Assembly (NCBI GenBank): GCA_964584985.1
Contig: CAZPBK010000001.1
Location: 60,742 to 124,741 of the forward strand
Direction: 5' to 3'
Length of the DNA stretch: 64,000 nt
Source of the DNA: an uncultured Gammaproteobacteria bacterium
GTDB taxonomy: Bacteria; Patescibacteriota; Patescibacteriia; UBA11705; JABHMO01
Both the position numbers and the translations under genes were made by a program. Below the pieces are notes generated by a model, which saw only the letters and a program-made list of their open reading frames with translations, had not been told where the DNA came from and made no database searches. Below, in pieces: positions 19,323 to 29,794 of this stretch; positions within the stretch are counted from its first letter, which is position 1, and every line of letters starts with the position of its first letter.

Positions 19323-20135
19323 TTATCTGGTTGCTCCACTGTAGGCAATTGCTCTTACGGCATCCCAATCCGTTGCGCTACTTGGTGAATGCCCAAAGAT
19401 TCCTTCAAAATGGTCAATAGCTTCGGCTTCACTGCCCAAATTTCTTTCCCCCGGTCTTAAACCATAAGCCATAATGGTCACGGCCGCATTATCATTGGGA
19501 TTATCCATATTAGCCACTCTTAAATAAATTGTTTCAAACATGTCCTTGGCATTGTCCAAAGCGGTTTGACTGGACTCACTCGGCCATCGTCCATTGGCAA
19601 TTTTTAATACATCATTCCATTCAGCTGCAGTTTCAGGTAATTTCCCAAAAGCAGCCTGGTAGCTGTCCACTACGCCCGCTCTTTCACCGGCTCCCAAGTT
19701 CAAAGTAGTGGGAGTTCCATAGGTGATAAAATTAACAAGCGCGGTCATGACAGCTTCGCTTTCGTCACCGGAAATGATTTTACTGACAAGAGTTGATTCA
19801 TAGGAAGCCTCTTTAGCCAAATCTCTTTCAACGCCAACGGCCGAGGTAAGATCAACCACATTTCCGCCCGCAATATCTTCGGCTTCGTTAGTCATTTTTT
19901 CTAATTCAGTTGCGGCCTCTTCATCACCGCTAACCGGTTCTTCATCTCCATAAGTTGGAGTTGGTTCCGGTTCATCGACCGGCTCTTCAGGTGTGTCAAA
20001 TAAACTTTGTGGAGCGGAATAAGAAATTCCTCCACCGCCACCACCATAACCAAAGGCATCATTAAACACCATGGTCACTCCGGGTAGAAGAAGAAGAGCG
20101 GCAAGTACAAAGTAAATGAAAAATCTTGTTTTCAT
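19323..20135 (-). CDS. secreted acidic surface protein
   Basis: signal peptide, GYGGGGGG, Pro/Glu linker, helical C-terminal domain (GAGERAGV...IANGRWP). Confidence 0.7.
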   Translation of the reverse strand: MKTRFFIYFVLAALLLLPGVTMVFNDAFGYGGGGGGISYSAPQSLFDTPEEPVDEPEPTPTYGDEEPVSGDEEAATELEKMTNEAEDIAGGNVVDLTSAVGVERDLAKEASYESTLVSKIISGDESEAVMTALVNFITYGTPTTLNLGAGERAGVVDSYQAAFGKLPETAAEWNDVLKIANGRWPSESSQTALDNAKDMFETIYLRVANMDNPNDNAAVTIMAYGLRPGERNLGSEAEAIDHFEGIFGHSPSSATDWDAVRAIAYSGATR

Positions 20136-20256
20136 AAGCTCAAAATTAATTAAAAATTATTATGTGATTATCTAAAGTTATGCTATCTTCAAATTTATTA
20201 TACCACTTACACCATACAATAAAAAGCCTACAAATATTCAGGTGTGGATAAATATT

Positions 20257-21882
20257 TTAATAGGCATTATTTTTCCATATTTGTAAAACTTGATTATCAA
20301 AAATATTTTTTAGGTTTTTTTGATTTTGAACAAAAGCATATTTTGACCAATCAACCTCTTTAAGTAAAATTATATATTTAATATCCCACTTGCTCAACTT
20401 TTCGCCCAAATCACGAATCTGATCTGTTTTTCCCAAAATATCCCGTTCCCAAAAAAGAGAAAAAGGTCTGGTACTGGAGCTATAAATTCCTCCCACTTCC
20501 ATATTGTCGCCACAATAATTATCTTTTTCCAAAAAACGACAAAAAGGATTGGCCGTAACTCTATCCTCTAAAAAATCAAAACTCATATAACCGTGCCAAG
20601 GCAAAGCCAAGACATTAAAATCATCTTCATCTTGATCAATAATCTTTTTAACTTCATACCACTCCGCAGGATAATTAGCGGTACTCAATTGACCACGAAA
20701 ACCGTTGAACATCAAAGGATTATAAACCAAAGGCAAAACAACAATCAGCCCGACCAACCAGGTTTTATTGATTTTTTTAAAATAATTTTCAGCTTGTTTA
20801 ACTCCGATTGATCCGAAATAAAGGTAAACAATCGCTAAAAAAGCCAACCATTTTTGCGGTTCTCTAAGGCCTTGATAAAAAGGGACATATTTATTTAATA
20901 ATTTTACTAAGGCTTCAAAAGGCGCAAAAGCCGAACCGACTCCCAAAATCAAAGCCAAGATACCGATTACCAAAAAGCCAACTGAGCTTGGTTTGTGTTT
21001 TTTATTTTTCCAACCAACGATCACTCCCCAAACAACAAAAAGAAAAATTAAACCAAAAATCACCCACCAAAAAGGATTAAATTCATTAACCGGCAAATAA
21101 AATCCGGTTTTTTCAGCCCAAAAACCATGCATTCCCAAAGCATTGAGAAGAACATGGGTATTACCGGGATCCGTTGAAAAAGCCAAGTTGTGTTGCCAGT
21201 CAAACCCCTGAATCCTTTGATTTTTTTCACTATCGCCAAAAGTAAAAGGAATTAACCAATAAAGATTAACAATCACAACTGCCAATATCAAAATCAGTGA
21301 TTTTAATAAATATTTTTTCAATCTTGGCTGGTTTTTCTTTTTAAAAGCCGAGCCAACAAGCAAAATCAGCACGGTAAATACGGAAATATAAAACAAATGC
21401 AAAGACAATTGGCTGATTAGAAACCAAAAAATTAAAGTAAAAATCAAATCTTTCCATTGTAAGGAATTAATAAACTTTAACAAACCATAAAATAAAAATG
21501 GTAGTAAAGCATAAGCCAAACAATGCCAAATCTGGCCAAAAACGATTCGGGAATACAAAAAAGGAGAAAATAAATAAAGAAATGAGGCAAACAAAGAAGA
21601 CCATCTTGATTCAGTTAAATAATAGGTCAACCGATAGGCGGAAAAACCAGCTAAGAAAAAAACCAAGAATAACATGGCCTTTTGTATAAAAGCACTGGAA
21701 AAAACCATGTTTAACAAGTATAAAACAAAGTTCAATAAAAAATAATTATCTACTTTCTGAGGAAAATTAAATTCCAAGGACCAACTCATATCCGTAGCAA
21801 AAACAAAACCACTCTTTAAAAGTGGCCAGATAATTAACAATGACAAAATTACATATTTAAAAATTAACCTTTTCTTTTCCAT
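20257..21882 (-). CDS. GT-C-like polytopic membrane protein (AftD/DUF3367-like)
   Basis: many TM helices; YLFSPF, GLREPQKW, YPAEW, LPW, KYIIL. Confidence 0.6.
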   Translation of the reverse strand: MEKKRLIFKYVILSLLIIWPLLKSGFVFATDMSWSLEFNFPQKVDNYFLLNFVLYLLNMVFSSAFIQKAMLFLVFFLAGFSAYRLTYYLTESRWSSLFASFLYLFSPFLYSRIVFGQIWHCLAYALLPFLFYGLLKFINSLQWKDLIFTLIFWFLISQLSLHLFYISVFTVLILLVGSAFKKKNQPRLKKYLLKSLILILAVVIVNLYWLIPFTFGDSEKNQRIQGFDWQHNLAFSTDPGNTHVLLNALGMHGFWAEKTGFYLPVNEFNPFWWVIFGLIFLFVVWGVIVGWKNKKHKPSSVGFLVIGILALILGVGSAFAPFEALVKLLNKYVPFYQGLREPQKWLAFLAIVYLYFGSIGVKQAENYFKKINKTWLVGLIVVLPLVYNPLMFNGFRGQLSTANYPAEWYEVKKIIDQDEDDFNVLALPWHGYMSFDFLEDRVTANPFCRFLEKDNYCGDNMEVGGIYSSSTRPFSLFWERDILGKTDQIRDLGEKLSKWDIKYIILLKEVDWSKYAFVQNQKNLKNIFDNQVLQIWKNNAY

Positions 21883-21884
21883 CC

Positions 21885-22235
21885 TTACTTAAAATTCAAT
21901 TTTTTAACTTTGAGATATAATTTTGATTTTTTAATATGCTGAATTATTTGTAACAACAAGCCCAACGATAAAGCATAGTAACAATAAAAAGCTATTTGTT
22001 CAGCCGATTTAGGTAATCTAAGCATTAAAAAAATTGGAATAAATAAAAAGAACATAAGACCAAAAAGTAAATAAATTCTCGGATCCCAGTTGAAAAGGAC
22101 AAACAAGAAAAAGCTCCCCAGAAACAAAGCTACTTCTATTCCGAATGATCTATAAAAGATCAAAAAAACAATCAAAAAAGTAAAAAACTTTAAATTATAT
22201 TTTTCCCCGAATATTTTATCTAATTTCTTACTCAT
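21885..22235 (-). CDS. small membrane protein
   Basis: hydrophobic 116-aa ORF packed in the operon. Confidence 0.65.
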   Translation of the reverse strand: MSKKLDKIFGEKYNLKFFTFLIVFLIFYRSFGIEVALFLGSFFLFVLFNWDPRIYLLFGLMFFLFIPIFLMLRLPKSAEQIAFYCYYALSLGLLLQIIQHIKKSKLYLKVKKLNFK

Positions 22236-22237
22236 AG

Positions 22238-23488
22238 TTAGTGTTTTATTTTTATTTGCTTAATAAAGCTGTATCCTTTATCGATACAAGCAATGCCAAG
22301 TCCGCCTGATGAATATTCTTCATCGACCACTTCCGTTAACAATTTATAGTCATCACCATCCAATGAAATAAACAAACTAATATTCGGACCTTCAGCCTCT
22401 ATCCTTAACCAATAATAATTATCTTTTCTAAAATTAAAATTAAGTATTTTCCCTTGCTTAATATCCTGCCATCCATCGCTTGTTAATGACATCAAAGACC
22501 AAATGTTACTATTTTCCTTTATAAAAAAGTAATAACCTTTTCCAGTTTTATAATTACCACGGAAAAAGGCGCCACTTCTGCCACGCTGTGGGGCTAATTG
22601 TAGGTCATAAACAAAATCATTAACACTCGAAGCTCTTTTTAGAATAGTGTTATACCCGCTAAAATGGTGAATTTCCAAGACATTGTTGCCATCATTATCA
22701 ATGTTAAGAGTCAGGGTGTCGCTATTGTGCAAATTCCAATCATCGATAAAATCTTTGTTATAAACAAACTTCAAATCATCGATATTTATCATACTTGTTA
22801 ATCCCAACCTTGATTTTATGCTAAATTCAATCTTATTTACCTGATTTATATCAAAATCAGGGTCTTCACTGACTCTGGCCATAAATGAGACGGGCAACCT
22901 GTTAAAAATCCAACCGGAAGACAAATTTGTTATATTATAAATATAATATTCATTCGGATCATCTCCCAATAATCTTATTTTAAAAGATTCTACATTTTGG
23001 GGATCCGAAATATTTGTATAAAACTCTATAAACTTCAAGTTCTTGTAGTTTTCATTTTTACTTTGATCTTCACTGTCTTTTATTTTATCATTAATTGACT
23101 CTTTACTGTTGATGGCTTTTGATATAACTTTTTCTTCTTTTTCTGCCACTATCGTAATACTAGCTTCTCCGTTATGATATGTTCTCTTGTCATAATATCC
23201 ATCACCCTGCCAATTTTCTCCTATTTCAAAATCACTTACCTTTTCCACCTTAAACTCTTTATACTTTTCTGCAAAATTTATTTTTATATTAGCTTTTCCA
23301 AAAAGGATCTCCGATAGACTTGATTTATTTTCTATAGATGTTTGTTCATATTCGTAATCTTGTTTAGTTATAGTTTTTGTTTGGTAATTAATCCAAAAAA
23401 AGGCAAATAAGACTCCGATAATTGCTATCGCTACTCCCATTATTAAAGGTAAACTGCGTTTTATCCAACTTTTAGGTTTTTTTGACAT
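22238..23488 (-). CDS. membrane-anchored protein with carbohydrate-binding/ConA-like domains
   Basis: N-terminal TM; C-terminal DF...GYYF...LRIEAEG...SSGGLG pattern (DUF1080-like). Confidence 0.55.
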   Translation of the reverse strand: MSKKPKSWIKRSLPLIMGVAIAIIGVLFAFFWINYQTKTITKQDYEYEQTSIENKSSLSEILFGKANIKINFAEKYKEFKVEKVSDFEIGENWQGDGYYDKRTYHNGEASITIVAEKEEKVISKAINSKESINDKIKDSEDQSKNENYKNLKFIEFYTNISDPQNVESFKIRLLGDDPNEYYIYNITNLSSGWIFNRLPVSFMARVSEDPDFDINQVNKIEFSIKSRLGLTSMINIDDLKFVYNKDFIDDWNLHNSDTLTLNIDNDGNNVLEIHHFSGYNTILKRASSVNDFVYDLQLAPQRGRSGAFFRGNYKTGKGYYFFIKENSNIWSLMSLTSDGWQDIKQGKILNFNFRKDNYYWLRIEAEGPNISLFISLDGDDYKLLTEVVDEEYSSGGLGIACIDKGYSFIKQIKIKH

Positions 23489-23620
23489 ATATTACAGTTT
23501 ATTAGATTATTAGAGCTATTCATTATATAATATACTATCCGCTGTTGACCTTGTCAATTATAATATTATATAATAAAATCAGACAATGTTAAGTAAATTA
23601 ATCTTCAAATAATTTATTTT

Positions 23621-23779
23621 ATGTGTTTCCTGAAAAAAATATTCAAGAAAAAAACCAAGTTAGAAAATTATGATTCTCCCACATCAAACCAAGGCCGTAA
23701 GTCAGAGTCAAAAAAGCACAATGGGAATGATGAAGAAAAGATCAAGGATCGACTTCGCGAATTAGGTTATTTTGAATAA
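23621..23779 (+). CDS. 52-aa peptide ending in a sulfatase/phosphodiesterase-type tail motif (not in the ORF track)
   Basis: MCFLKKIFKKKTKLENYDSPTSNQGRKSESKKHNGNDEEKIKDRLRELGYFE*; fills an otherwise empty gap. Confidence 0.75.
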   Translation: MCFLKKIFKKKTKLENYDSPTSNQGRKSESKKHNGNDEEKIKDRLRELGYFE

Positions 23780-23810
23780 AAAATATTATATTTTTTCCTA
23801 AAAACAAGTT

Positions 23811-26189
23811 TTAAAACTTGTTTTTATGTTCTTTAAATACCGCAAAGCCAGCTAAAACAATACTTGTGACACTCAACAAAACTCCGAGATATAAATAATT
23901 TTGTGAATTATTATATATTGTTAATTTAATTTTTTTATTTCCCTCATCTTCTAAAGGACCAATGTACCAAGCATTAGCATAACCATTTGCTCTGATGTGT
24001 TGATCATCATAAAGAGGTTTTTTAAACATAAATTTCAAATCTGAGATTTTATATTTAAAAGCTGAATGTTTTCCTTCTCCGATGTTAGCGTGTACCCTTT
24101 CGAGCTCTTCTATGTTTGAAAAATTATTTGTGTAAAGCTTCCATCCATTATTGAAATTTTCCAAAAAAACCAAATAAAAGGAATTCTTAAAATTTGAGAT
24201 CTCAATATCATAATGGGTAGGATTTATTTTTTTAAATTTAATATAAGGTGAGAAAGATTTATTCTCATTAACAAAACAGGAGGTGGGATCTGAAGATATA
24301 ATCTCTTTCTCTGGCGTAAAGGCGGATGAAGTTATATATTTAGAAAGTTCCTTTATGTTGGAAGCGTTATTAATCTTTTGACAGGATGGAACATTGTAAA
24401 TTTTGGGTAAAAACTCATCGGCAAGATATATATCATTACCTCCTATCTTTTTATGCAATGAAATATTTTTGATGTTTTGCAACTTTTCTTTTACAAACTC
24501 GGGAGAATCTTTGCCATTTAAATAGTCATATATAAGGTCATTTCTTTGTACTATGTACTTGATATTTAAAATTGATGTTAGCTTGGTTATCTTTAAATAT
24601 TCTTGATCAATTGATTGATAAAGTAAATTAACAAGTTCATCTCTTAATCTCTCAGCATTATTTAAACTTCTCTCGTAATAGTTGACTAAAAAAGCCTTAC
24701 TGGAAAGATATGGCAACAAATGAGAATTAAGAATCATCCCCCAACTGTAAACCGCCCTATCGGTGTTTGGCAAAAGCAGTCCTCTAAATTCTTGAGGGTC
24801 ATTATTCAAAAAAGTGGCTGTTTTATTAACATACTCGGGAAAAGGATAGTTAATATGTGCTGACTGAAGCTTTGTTTTATCAGTTCTATGAGGATACATC
24901 TCTCCGTTCCAAAATGGTTTTAGTTGGATCAGAACCAATATTAGAAAAACGCCAAGGAGGAGATATTTTAAAACTCTTTTTTTGTATTTTTCAAAAAGTT
25001 TTAAAGCATAAACAATTGATGTTGTAAACATTATAGAAAAACACAAGGTCAAAACATTCATCGACTTTTGCCATGGGGACCGGAACAACCAAAATCCGGG
25101 AATATTTTCAATGGCCCAACTGTACAAATTAAATTTTTGAGCTATGGCGAAAAAAGCAAACAGTATAAATATTATTTTGAAAAACAGTACTTTTTTATTT
25201 TTATTAAAAATTAAAAAACTTAAAAACCCAATAAAGCTCAATAAATAACTGAGAAATATATATAAAGGGTTATTAAAATATTTTTGTATTGACGGATAAA
25301 AAAGTTCCCCATTTTTACCGGCTGACAGCCCTTTAGCGCCCATTAGTCGTAGATTTTCATGAAGCACTAGAGACTTACCCTTGCTCCATTTTATACTCAA
25401 CTCTTTTGCTTCGTGCAGCTTGTCTTGATTGTTTATTGCCGTAGACAAGGTTTCATGCAAAAACGGTAAAAAACACCACAAATTGAAAAAAACAAAAAAC
25501 AATAGACCCATGGCCATTTTTTTTATAAACTCTTTTTTAAAGTTGTGGGTGATTATGTAAAAAGCAAGATAGGCTAATAAAACTGAATAAGTGGACGCTA
25601 TAATGGAAATATTTGATAAACCGATGTTTAAGGGAATTGTAAATAATGAAAAAATCACTATGTTTTTAAGACAAAATTCACTTTCCAACAATATCATTAA
25701 ACGAGCCAATACAATTGGTAAAAATAAAAAAGGTAATATTTTTATAAAATGCAACCCATGCCAAATCATGAATTGATAAAATGAACAAATATAAATAATT
25801 GATCCAATTATATTTGGAAAATATTTTTTCCGAAAAATATGATCCAATAAATAATAAATTGAAGTGAAACCGGAAGCCAAAAGTAAAGCAAAAATTATTT
25901 TTTCAGTAATTATGAGCGATCCTGTTAATAACAAAATTAAATAAAAAGGAATGAACAAAAGTGTTTGAGAAAACTTTCTTCCATAAGGGACTCCCCCGGA
26001 TCTAATATCCCATAAAAATGTGGTTTTATTGATAAAATTTTTTCCGTAAGAAATCCTACCGTCTCCGTAGTTTATTATACTCCCCTGATTAAACCAAAAG
26101 TTTGAAACAATTAAAAAAAATATTATTAATGACAACAAAAAGATCACTAAAACATGATTTTTTTTACAAAAACTCGCAAGGCGTTTCAT
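23811..26189 (-). CDS. large GT-C-like membrane protein (AftD/DUF3367-like)
   Basis: YGD, LFRSPWQK, PFWNG, KINPTHY, ENFNNGW, ANGYANAW. Confidence 0.6.
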   Translation of the reverse strand: MKRLASFCKKNHVLVIFLLSLIIFFLIVSNFWFNQGSIINYGDGRISYGKNFINKTTFLWDIRSGGVPYGRKFSQTLLFIPFYLILLLTGSLIITEKIIFALLLASGFTSIYYLLDHIFRKKYFPNIIGSIIYICSFYQFMIWHGLHFIKILPFLFLPIVLARLMILLESEFCLKNIVIFSLFTIPLNIGLSNISIIASTYSVLLAYLAFYIITHNFKKEFIKKMAMGLLFFVFFNLWCFLPFLHETLSTAINNQDKLHEAKELSIKWSKGKSLVLHENLRLMGAKGLSAGKNGELFYPSIQKYFNNPLYIFLSYLLSFIGFLSFLIFNKNKKVLFFKIIFILFAFFAIAQKFNLYSWAIENIPGFWLFRSPWQKSMNVLTLCFSIMFTTSIVYALKLFEKYKKRVLKYLLLGVFLILVLIQLKPFWNGEMYPHRTDKTKLQSAHINYPFPEYVNKTATFLNNDPQEFRGLLLPNTDRAVYSWGMILNSHLLPYLSSKAFLVNYYERSLNNAERLRDELVNLLYQSIDQEYLKITKLTSILNIKYIVQRNDLIYDYLNGKDSPEFVKEKLQNIKNISLHKKIGGNDIYLADEFLPKIYNVPSCQKINNASNIKELSKYITSSAFTPEKEIISSDPTSCFVNENKSFSPYIKFKKINPTHYDIEISNFKNSFYLVFLENFNNGWKLYTNNFSNIEELERVHANIGEGKHSAFKYKISDLKFMFKKPLYDDQHIRANGYANAWYIGPLEDEGNKKIKLTIYNNSQNYLYLGVLLSVTSIVLAGFAVFKEHKNKF

Positions 26190-26192
26190 AAA

Positions 26193-27518
26193 TTACTTTT
26201 GTGTTTTTATTTTTTTTATAACCTCTAAAGCCTTTTTTTCTAAAATAAGACTTCCGTTTATGTGCGTTTTTATTTTATTTTTCTCGTTTGGATCATTTTT
26301 CAAATCATAGATAAAAAAATCTTTTACTTCACCTTTGGTTGTTATCTTGGCAATGTATTTTTCATACTCATTCCTAACACTGATTAAAAAAATATTTTTA
26401 TCCTCAATTGACAGGCTAATTATATCACGGTTTTTTTCTTCAACAGAATCTTCTGTTAATAAATCCACCAAACTTTTTCCATCATATTCATTGGCTCCAC
26501 TTCCATTAATCAAATGATCCAAGGTCGGGCATATATCCACCGTACTTACATTTTCAGAGACAATTTTTCTAGAAATTCCGGGACCAACCCAGATAAAAGG
26601 GATTTTTATCAATTCTTCATACAAGTCACTTGTATGTTCAACTTTGCCGTGCTCCAAAAAAGCTTCGCCATGATCCGCCGTAAAGATAAAATGTGTATTG
26701 TTTTTATTTATTCCTTTTTTTTCTAAATCGTGTATAAATTTTTTTATTATATTATTTGATAAATATAAATATTGATTTATGTATAATTTTTTCAATACAC
26801 CTATCTGCTTATTTGAAAAATTTTCCAGAGGCTTAAAGAAAAATAATGAACGGAGAAAAAACCACTTTAGTCTATTGGTAAACTTATTGTGAGAGCTATA
26901 TGGTCCGTGGACATCCATAAAATGCATCCATAAGAAAAAAGGATCCCCTTGTTCTCTTTTTTCTATTACATTTAAGGCGGTTTTTGTCAGTTTATCAGAG
27001 TTTGTATGGCTTAAGTCCAAAAAATAAAAACTAATTAATTTTAAAACCCCCCTTAGAAATTTTAGTTTTTTGGATCGCCTTAATAATCTGATTAATTTCC
27101 CTCTAAACATTTTTTTCTTTGATCTTGTTTGAAAATCATGATAATAACAAAAACCCCTTTCATAGCCAAGACCCTTTATCAGAAAAGGATTAAAATCATT
27201 TAAACCAACTGTGTGGTATCCCTTGTCTTTTAATTTTTCTGCTATTGTTTTTCTTTGATTTGATAATTTAACCGGATGCCAGCTGGTTCCCGGCAAAGGA
27301 TCCCTTATCTCGTTTTCATAAACGCCTGGATATTGACCACTCATGATACTTGGCAAGGAATAGGGTGTTATCGGAGCATTGGAAAATGAGTTTATAAATA
27401 AAGTCCCTTGTTTTGAAAACTCACTTATAAAATCATTATTATTTCTTTCATTATATGCCTTTAAGATATCTGATCGTAAGGCATCAACGGTAATTAAAAT
27501 TATATTTGGTTTTTCCAT
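26193..27518 (-). CDS. sulfatase-like hydrolase/transferase (alkaline phosphatase superfamily, Thr nucleophile)
   Basis: PNIILITVDALRSD, APITPYSLPSIMSG, HFMDVHGPY, TADHGE, DPNEK. Confidence 0.85.
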   Translation of the reverse strand: MEKPNIILITVDALRSDILKAYNERNNNDFISEFSKQGTLFINSFSNAPITPYSLPSIMSGQYPGVYENEIRDPLPGTSWHPVKLSNQRKTIAEKLKDKGYHTVGLNDFNPFLIKGLGYERGFCYYHDFQTRSKKKMFRGKLIRLLRRSKKLKFLRGVLKLISFYFLDLSHTNSDKLTKTALNVIEKREQGDPFFLWMHFMDVHGPYSSHNKFTNRLKWFFLRSLFFFKPLENFSNKQIGVLKKLYINQYLYLSNNIIKKFIHDLEKKGINKNNTHFIFTADHGEAFLEHGKVEHTSDLYEELIKIPFIWVGPGISRKIVSENVSTVDICPTLDHLINGSGANEYDGKSLVDLLTEDSVEEKNRDIISLSIEDKNIFLISVRNEYEKYIAKITTKGEVKDFFIYDLKNDPNEKNKIKTHINGSLILEKKALEVIKKIKTQK

Positions 27519-27519
27519 A

Positions 27520-28359
27520 TTATTTTACAATTTTTAATAAGGGGACTTTTCTTAGTTCAGGTGCTGAGAGATCGTAATAGTGCAAGTAACTATTATATTC
27601 TCCAAGCAATTCACCGTGGTCTGAAGTAATAAATATAGTTATATTTTGCGGTAGATTATTGATAAGCTTTTCCACATATTTCAAAGCTAGTTTCAAATTG
27701 CCTTCATAGGCTTTTTTAAAATCCTCCTTTGAAAGTTGTTTTTTTCTGATCTTTGAAATAACAGCCTCGTCATTCCCTTCAATGGGATTTTTACTTGAAG
27801 TGATGATACTCGGTTCACCAATCCATGGTCCGTGTGGTTGCATGAACCAAAAAATATTTTTTTTCGAACTATCATAATGCTTTAAAGATTCCTTGTAAAG
27901 TATCTCGGGATGAACAGTATTTAACTTTTTATTCCAACCATAATCCCAAACGTCAATAATATAATCTTTTTTAAAATGGTCTGTTGCTTTATATCCCAAA
28001 ATCTCAATTCCTTGTGAATTTATATGAGGATTTGTAGAAAGTAATTTTATATTTGGATATTTTTTATTAAAGGTTTTTTTGAACCAACCAATTGTGCCAC
28101 TGGCGGGAGAATGAAGAGCTTTTAATTCTCCTTTTAAATGTTTTTTATAGTTTTTTTTAAAATAATCATATCTACAAGCATCCAAAACAATTAGAACATC
28201 CCACTTCTCCTCATTTAAATAGTTCAATTGGCACGAGCCTGTTTTCTTATTAATTAATTTATACAATAAACCAAGAAACAAAAACCTAAAACTACATTTG
28301 CTACGTTTTTGTAACATTTGTTTTAATATAAAAATTAATCTTTTTATGGTTTTTATCAT
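27520..28359 (-). CDS. alkaline phosphatase superfamily protein
   Basis: WDVLIVLDACRYD, SPASGT, MQPHGP, TSDHGE, VP. Confidence 0.8.
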   Translation of the reverse strand: MIKTIKRLIFILKQMLQKRSKCSFRFLFLGLLYKLINKKTGSCQLNYLNEEKWDVLIVLDACRYDYFKKNYKKHLKGELKALHSPASGTIGWFKKTFNKKYPNIKLLSTNPHINSQGIEILGYKATDHFKKDYIIDVWDYGWNKKLNTVHPEILYKESLKHYDSSKKNIFWFMQPHGPWIGEPSIITSSKNPIEGNDEAVISKIRKKQLSKEDFKKAYEGNLKLALKYVEKLINNLPQNITIFITSDHGELLGEYNSYLHYYDLSAPELRKVPLLKIVK

Positions 28360-29051
28360 TTTTTGTTAACAAATTTACAAAACACTGTTGTAAAGCCTAT
28401 CTTATTTTTAAATTCTTGATCAACTTTTTTGTTAAAGTAATTTACAAAAAATTGATCTCTTCGAAATATCCATTTTGATATATATAGATTTAAAACATAA
28501 AAAATTTCCCACCAGGCACCTTTAATAATACTATCCGTTATTTTAAAATTACTTTTTTTTCCTATTTCCTTGATTTTTTTTAATGAATAATGTCTATGGC
28601 CGGTTAACCACCATGCAGGATCAAAAACATTACTGAAAAAGCTTTTATTTGGTGTTGATAAATAAAAAGTCCCGTTTGGCTTTAAAACCCTAGATATTTC
28701 CTTAAACATTTGCCTTTCTGTTTTTTGAGGAATATGTTCAATTACTTCCCAACTGACCACTGTATCAAACTGATTGTCATTAAAAGGTAAACTAAGAGCA
28801 GAGCCTTTAATGAACTTTATTTGAGGATTTTTTATATTTTTTCTTGCAGTTAGTAAATCTTTTTCAGACGGTTCAATTCCTACAACCTTAAAACATTTTT
28901 TGTTTACACAGGCAAGTTCAAACCAGCCGTAACCACAACCAACATCTAAAATACTTTTATTTACCATGTCTGCTTTACTTACAAAGTCTATATTGAATTT
29001 AGTTCTACCGTGCTGTTCAAGTCTTGGCTTTTCATTGACTACATTTTTCAT
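28356..29051 (-). CDS. class I SAM-dependent methyltransferase
   Basis: LDVGCGYG, LPF, EVIEH, RVLKPNG, STPN. Confidence 0.9.
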   Translation of the reverse strand: MKNVVNEKPRLEQHGRTKFNIDFVSKADMVNKSILDVGCGYGWFELACVNKKCFKVVGIEPSEKDLLTARKNIKNPQIKFIKGSALSLPFNDNQFDTVVSWEVIEHIPQKTERQMFKEISRVLKPNGTFYLSTPNKSFFSNVFDPAWWLTGHRHYSLKKIKEIGKKSNFKITDSIIKGAWWEIFYVLNLYISKWIFRRDQFFVNYFNKKVDQEFKNKIGFTTVFCKFVNKK

Positions 29052-29794
29052 AGATTGGAGTTTACTAAATAATAAGTTCTATTTTCAATAAAATCAACAA
29101 TTTTAAAGCTACTTGAATCAATAATTTTTTCAAATTTTTCTTGATCAATTACATTTTTATGTATTTCCACAAAAATTGACCTTACTCTTTTTTCAAAGAA
29201 ATCAATGGATTTATAAAACACTTTTTCCTCTTCCCCTTCTATATCTATCTTTAATAAATCGATTTTGTAGATTTGGTGTATTTTACAAAATTCTTCAATT
29301 GTATATATTGCAACAAGTTCATTTTTTTTACTTTTGCTTAGGCTGTATGAATCCGGGGAAGCTGATAAATCCAAGTTACCCTTGCCTAAATAGTCTGAAA
29401 TTGCACATTTATATGATTTTATGTTTTTATAATTATTTAATTTCAAATTTTGATTTAATAATTCAAAATTTTGTTTACTGGGTTCCACGGCATAAATTAT
29501 TGGCTTTTTTTGGTATAAATGATTATTCACATAAATTGAAAATAATCCAATGTTCGCTCCAATATCCACGATTATGGGATTATTCGTTGTTGGAAAATAT
29601 TTTTCGGGATATTCAAGATCTGCATTTATTATTACCACTTCACCTAAATCACATGACTTTGTCCTTGCTTTTATCTCTGTTCCATTTCTAAGTTTGTAAA
29701 TCGTATATTGATTTTTGAAAAACCCCAAAAAATCCAAAACCGCTGTTTGAATATTTTTTATTGCTTTTAATGTCAAATAAATTTTTTTTATCAT
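29048..29794 (-). CDS. FkbM family methyltransferase
   Basis: DIGANIG, VEP, KIDIEGEE; ATG at 29794 overlaps the upstream stop. Confidence 0.9.
   Translation of the reverse strand: MIKKIYLTLKAIKNIQTAVLDFLGFFKNQYTIYKLRNGTEIKARTKSCDLGEVVIINADLEYPEKYFPTTNNPIIVDIGANIGLFSIYVNNHLYQKKPIIYAVEPSKQNFELLNQNLKLNNYKNIKSYKCAISDYLGKGNLDLSASPDSYSLSKSKKNELVAIYTIEEFCKIHQIYKIDLLKIDIEGEEEKVFYKSIDFFEKRVRSIFVEIHKNVIDQEKFEKIIDSSSFKIVDFIENRTYYLVNSNL

Noticed and set aside
20243-20251. Perfect DnaA box (TGTGGATAA), also at 14331-14339 and 42269-42277
   Set aside because: Isolated single boxes, two of them inside coding sequence; no cluster, unwinding element or dnaA/dnaN nearby, so not oriC.
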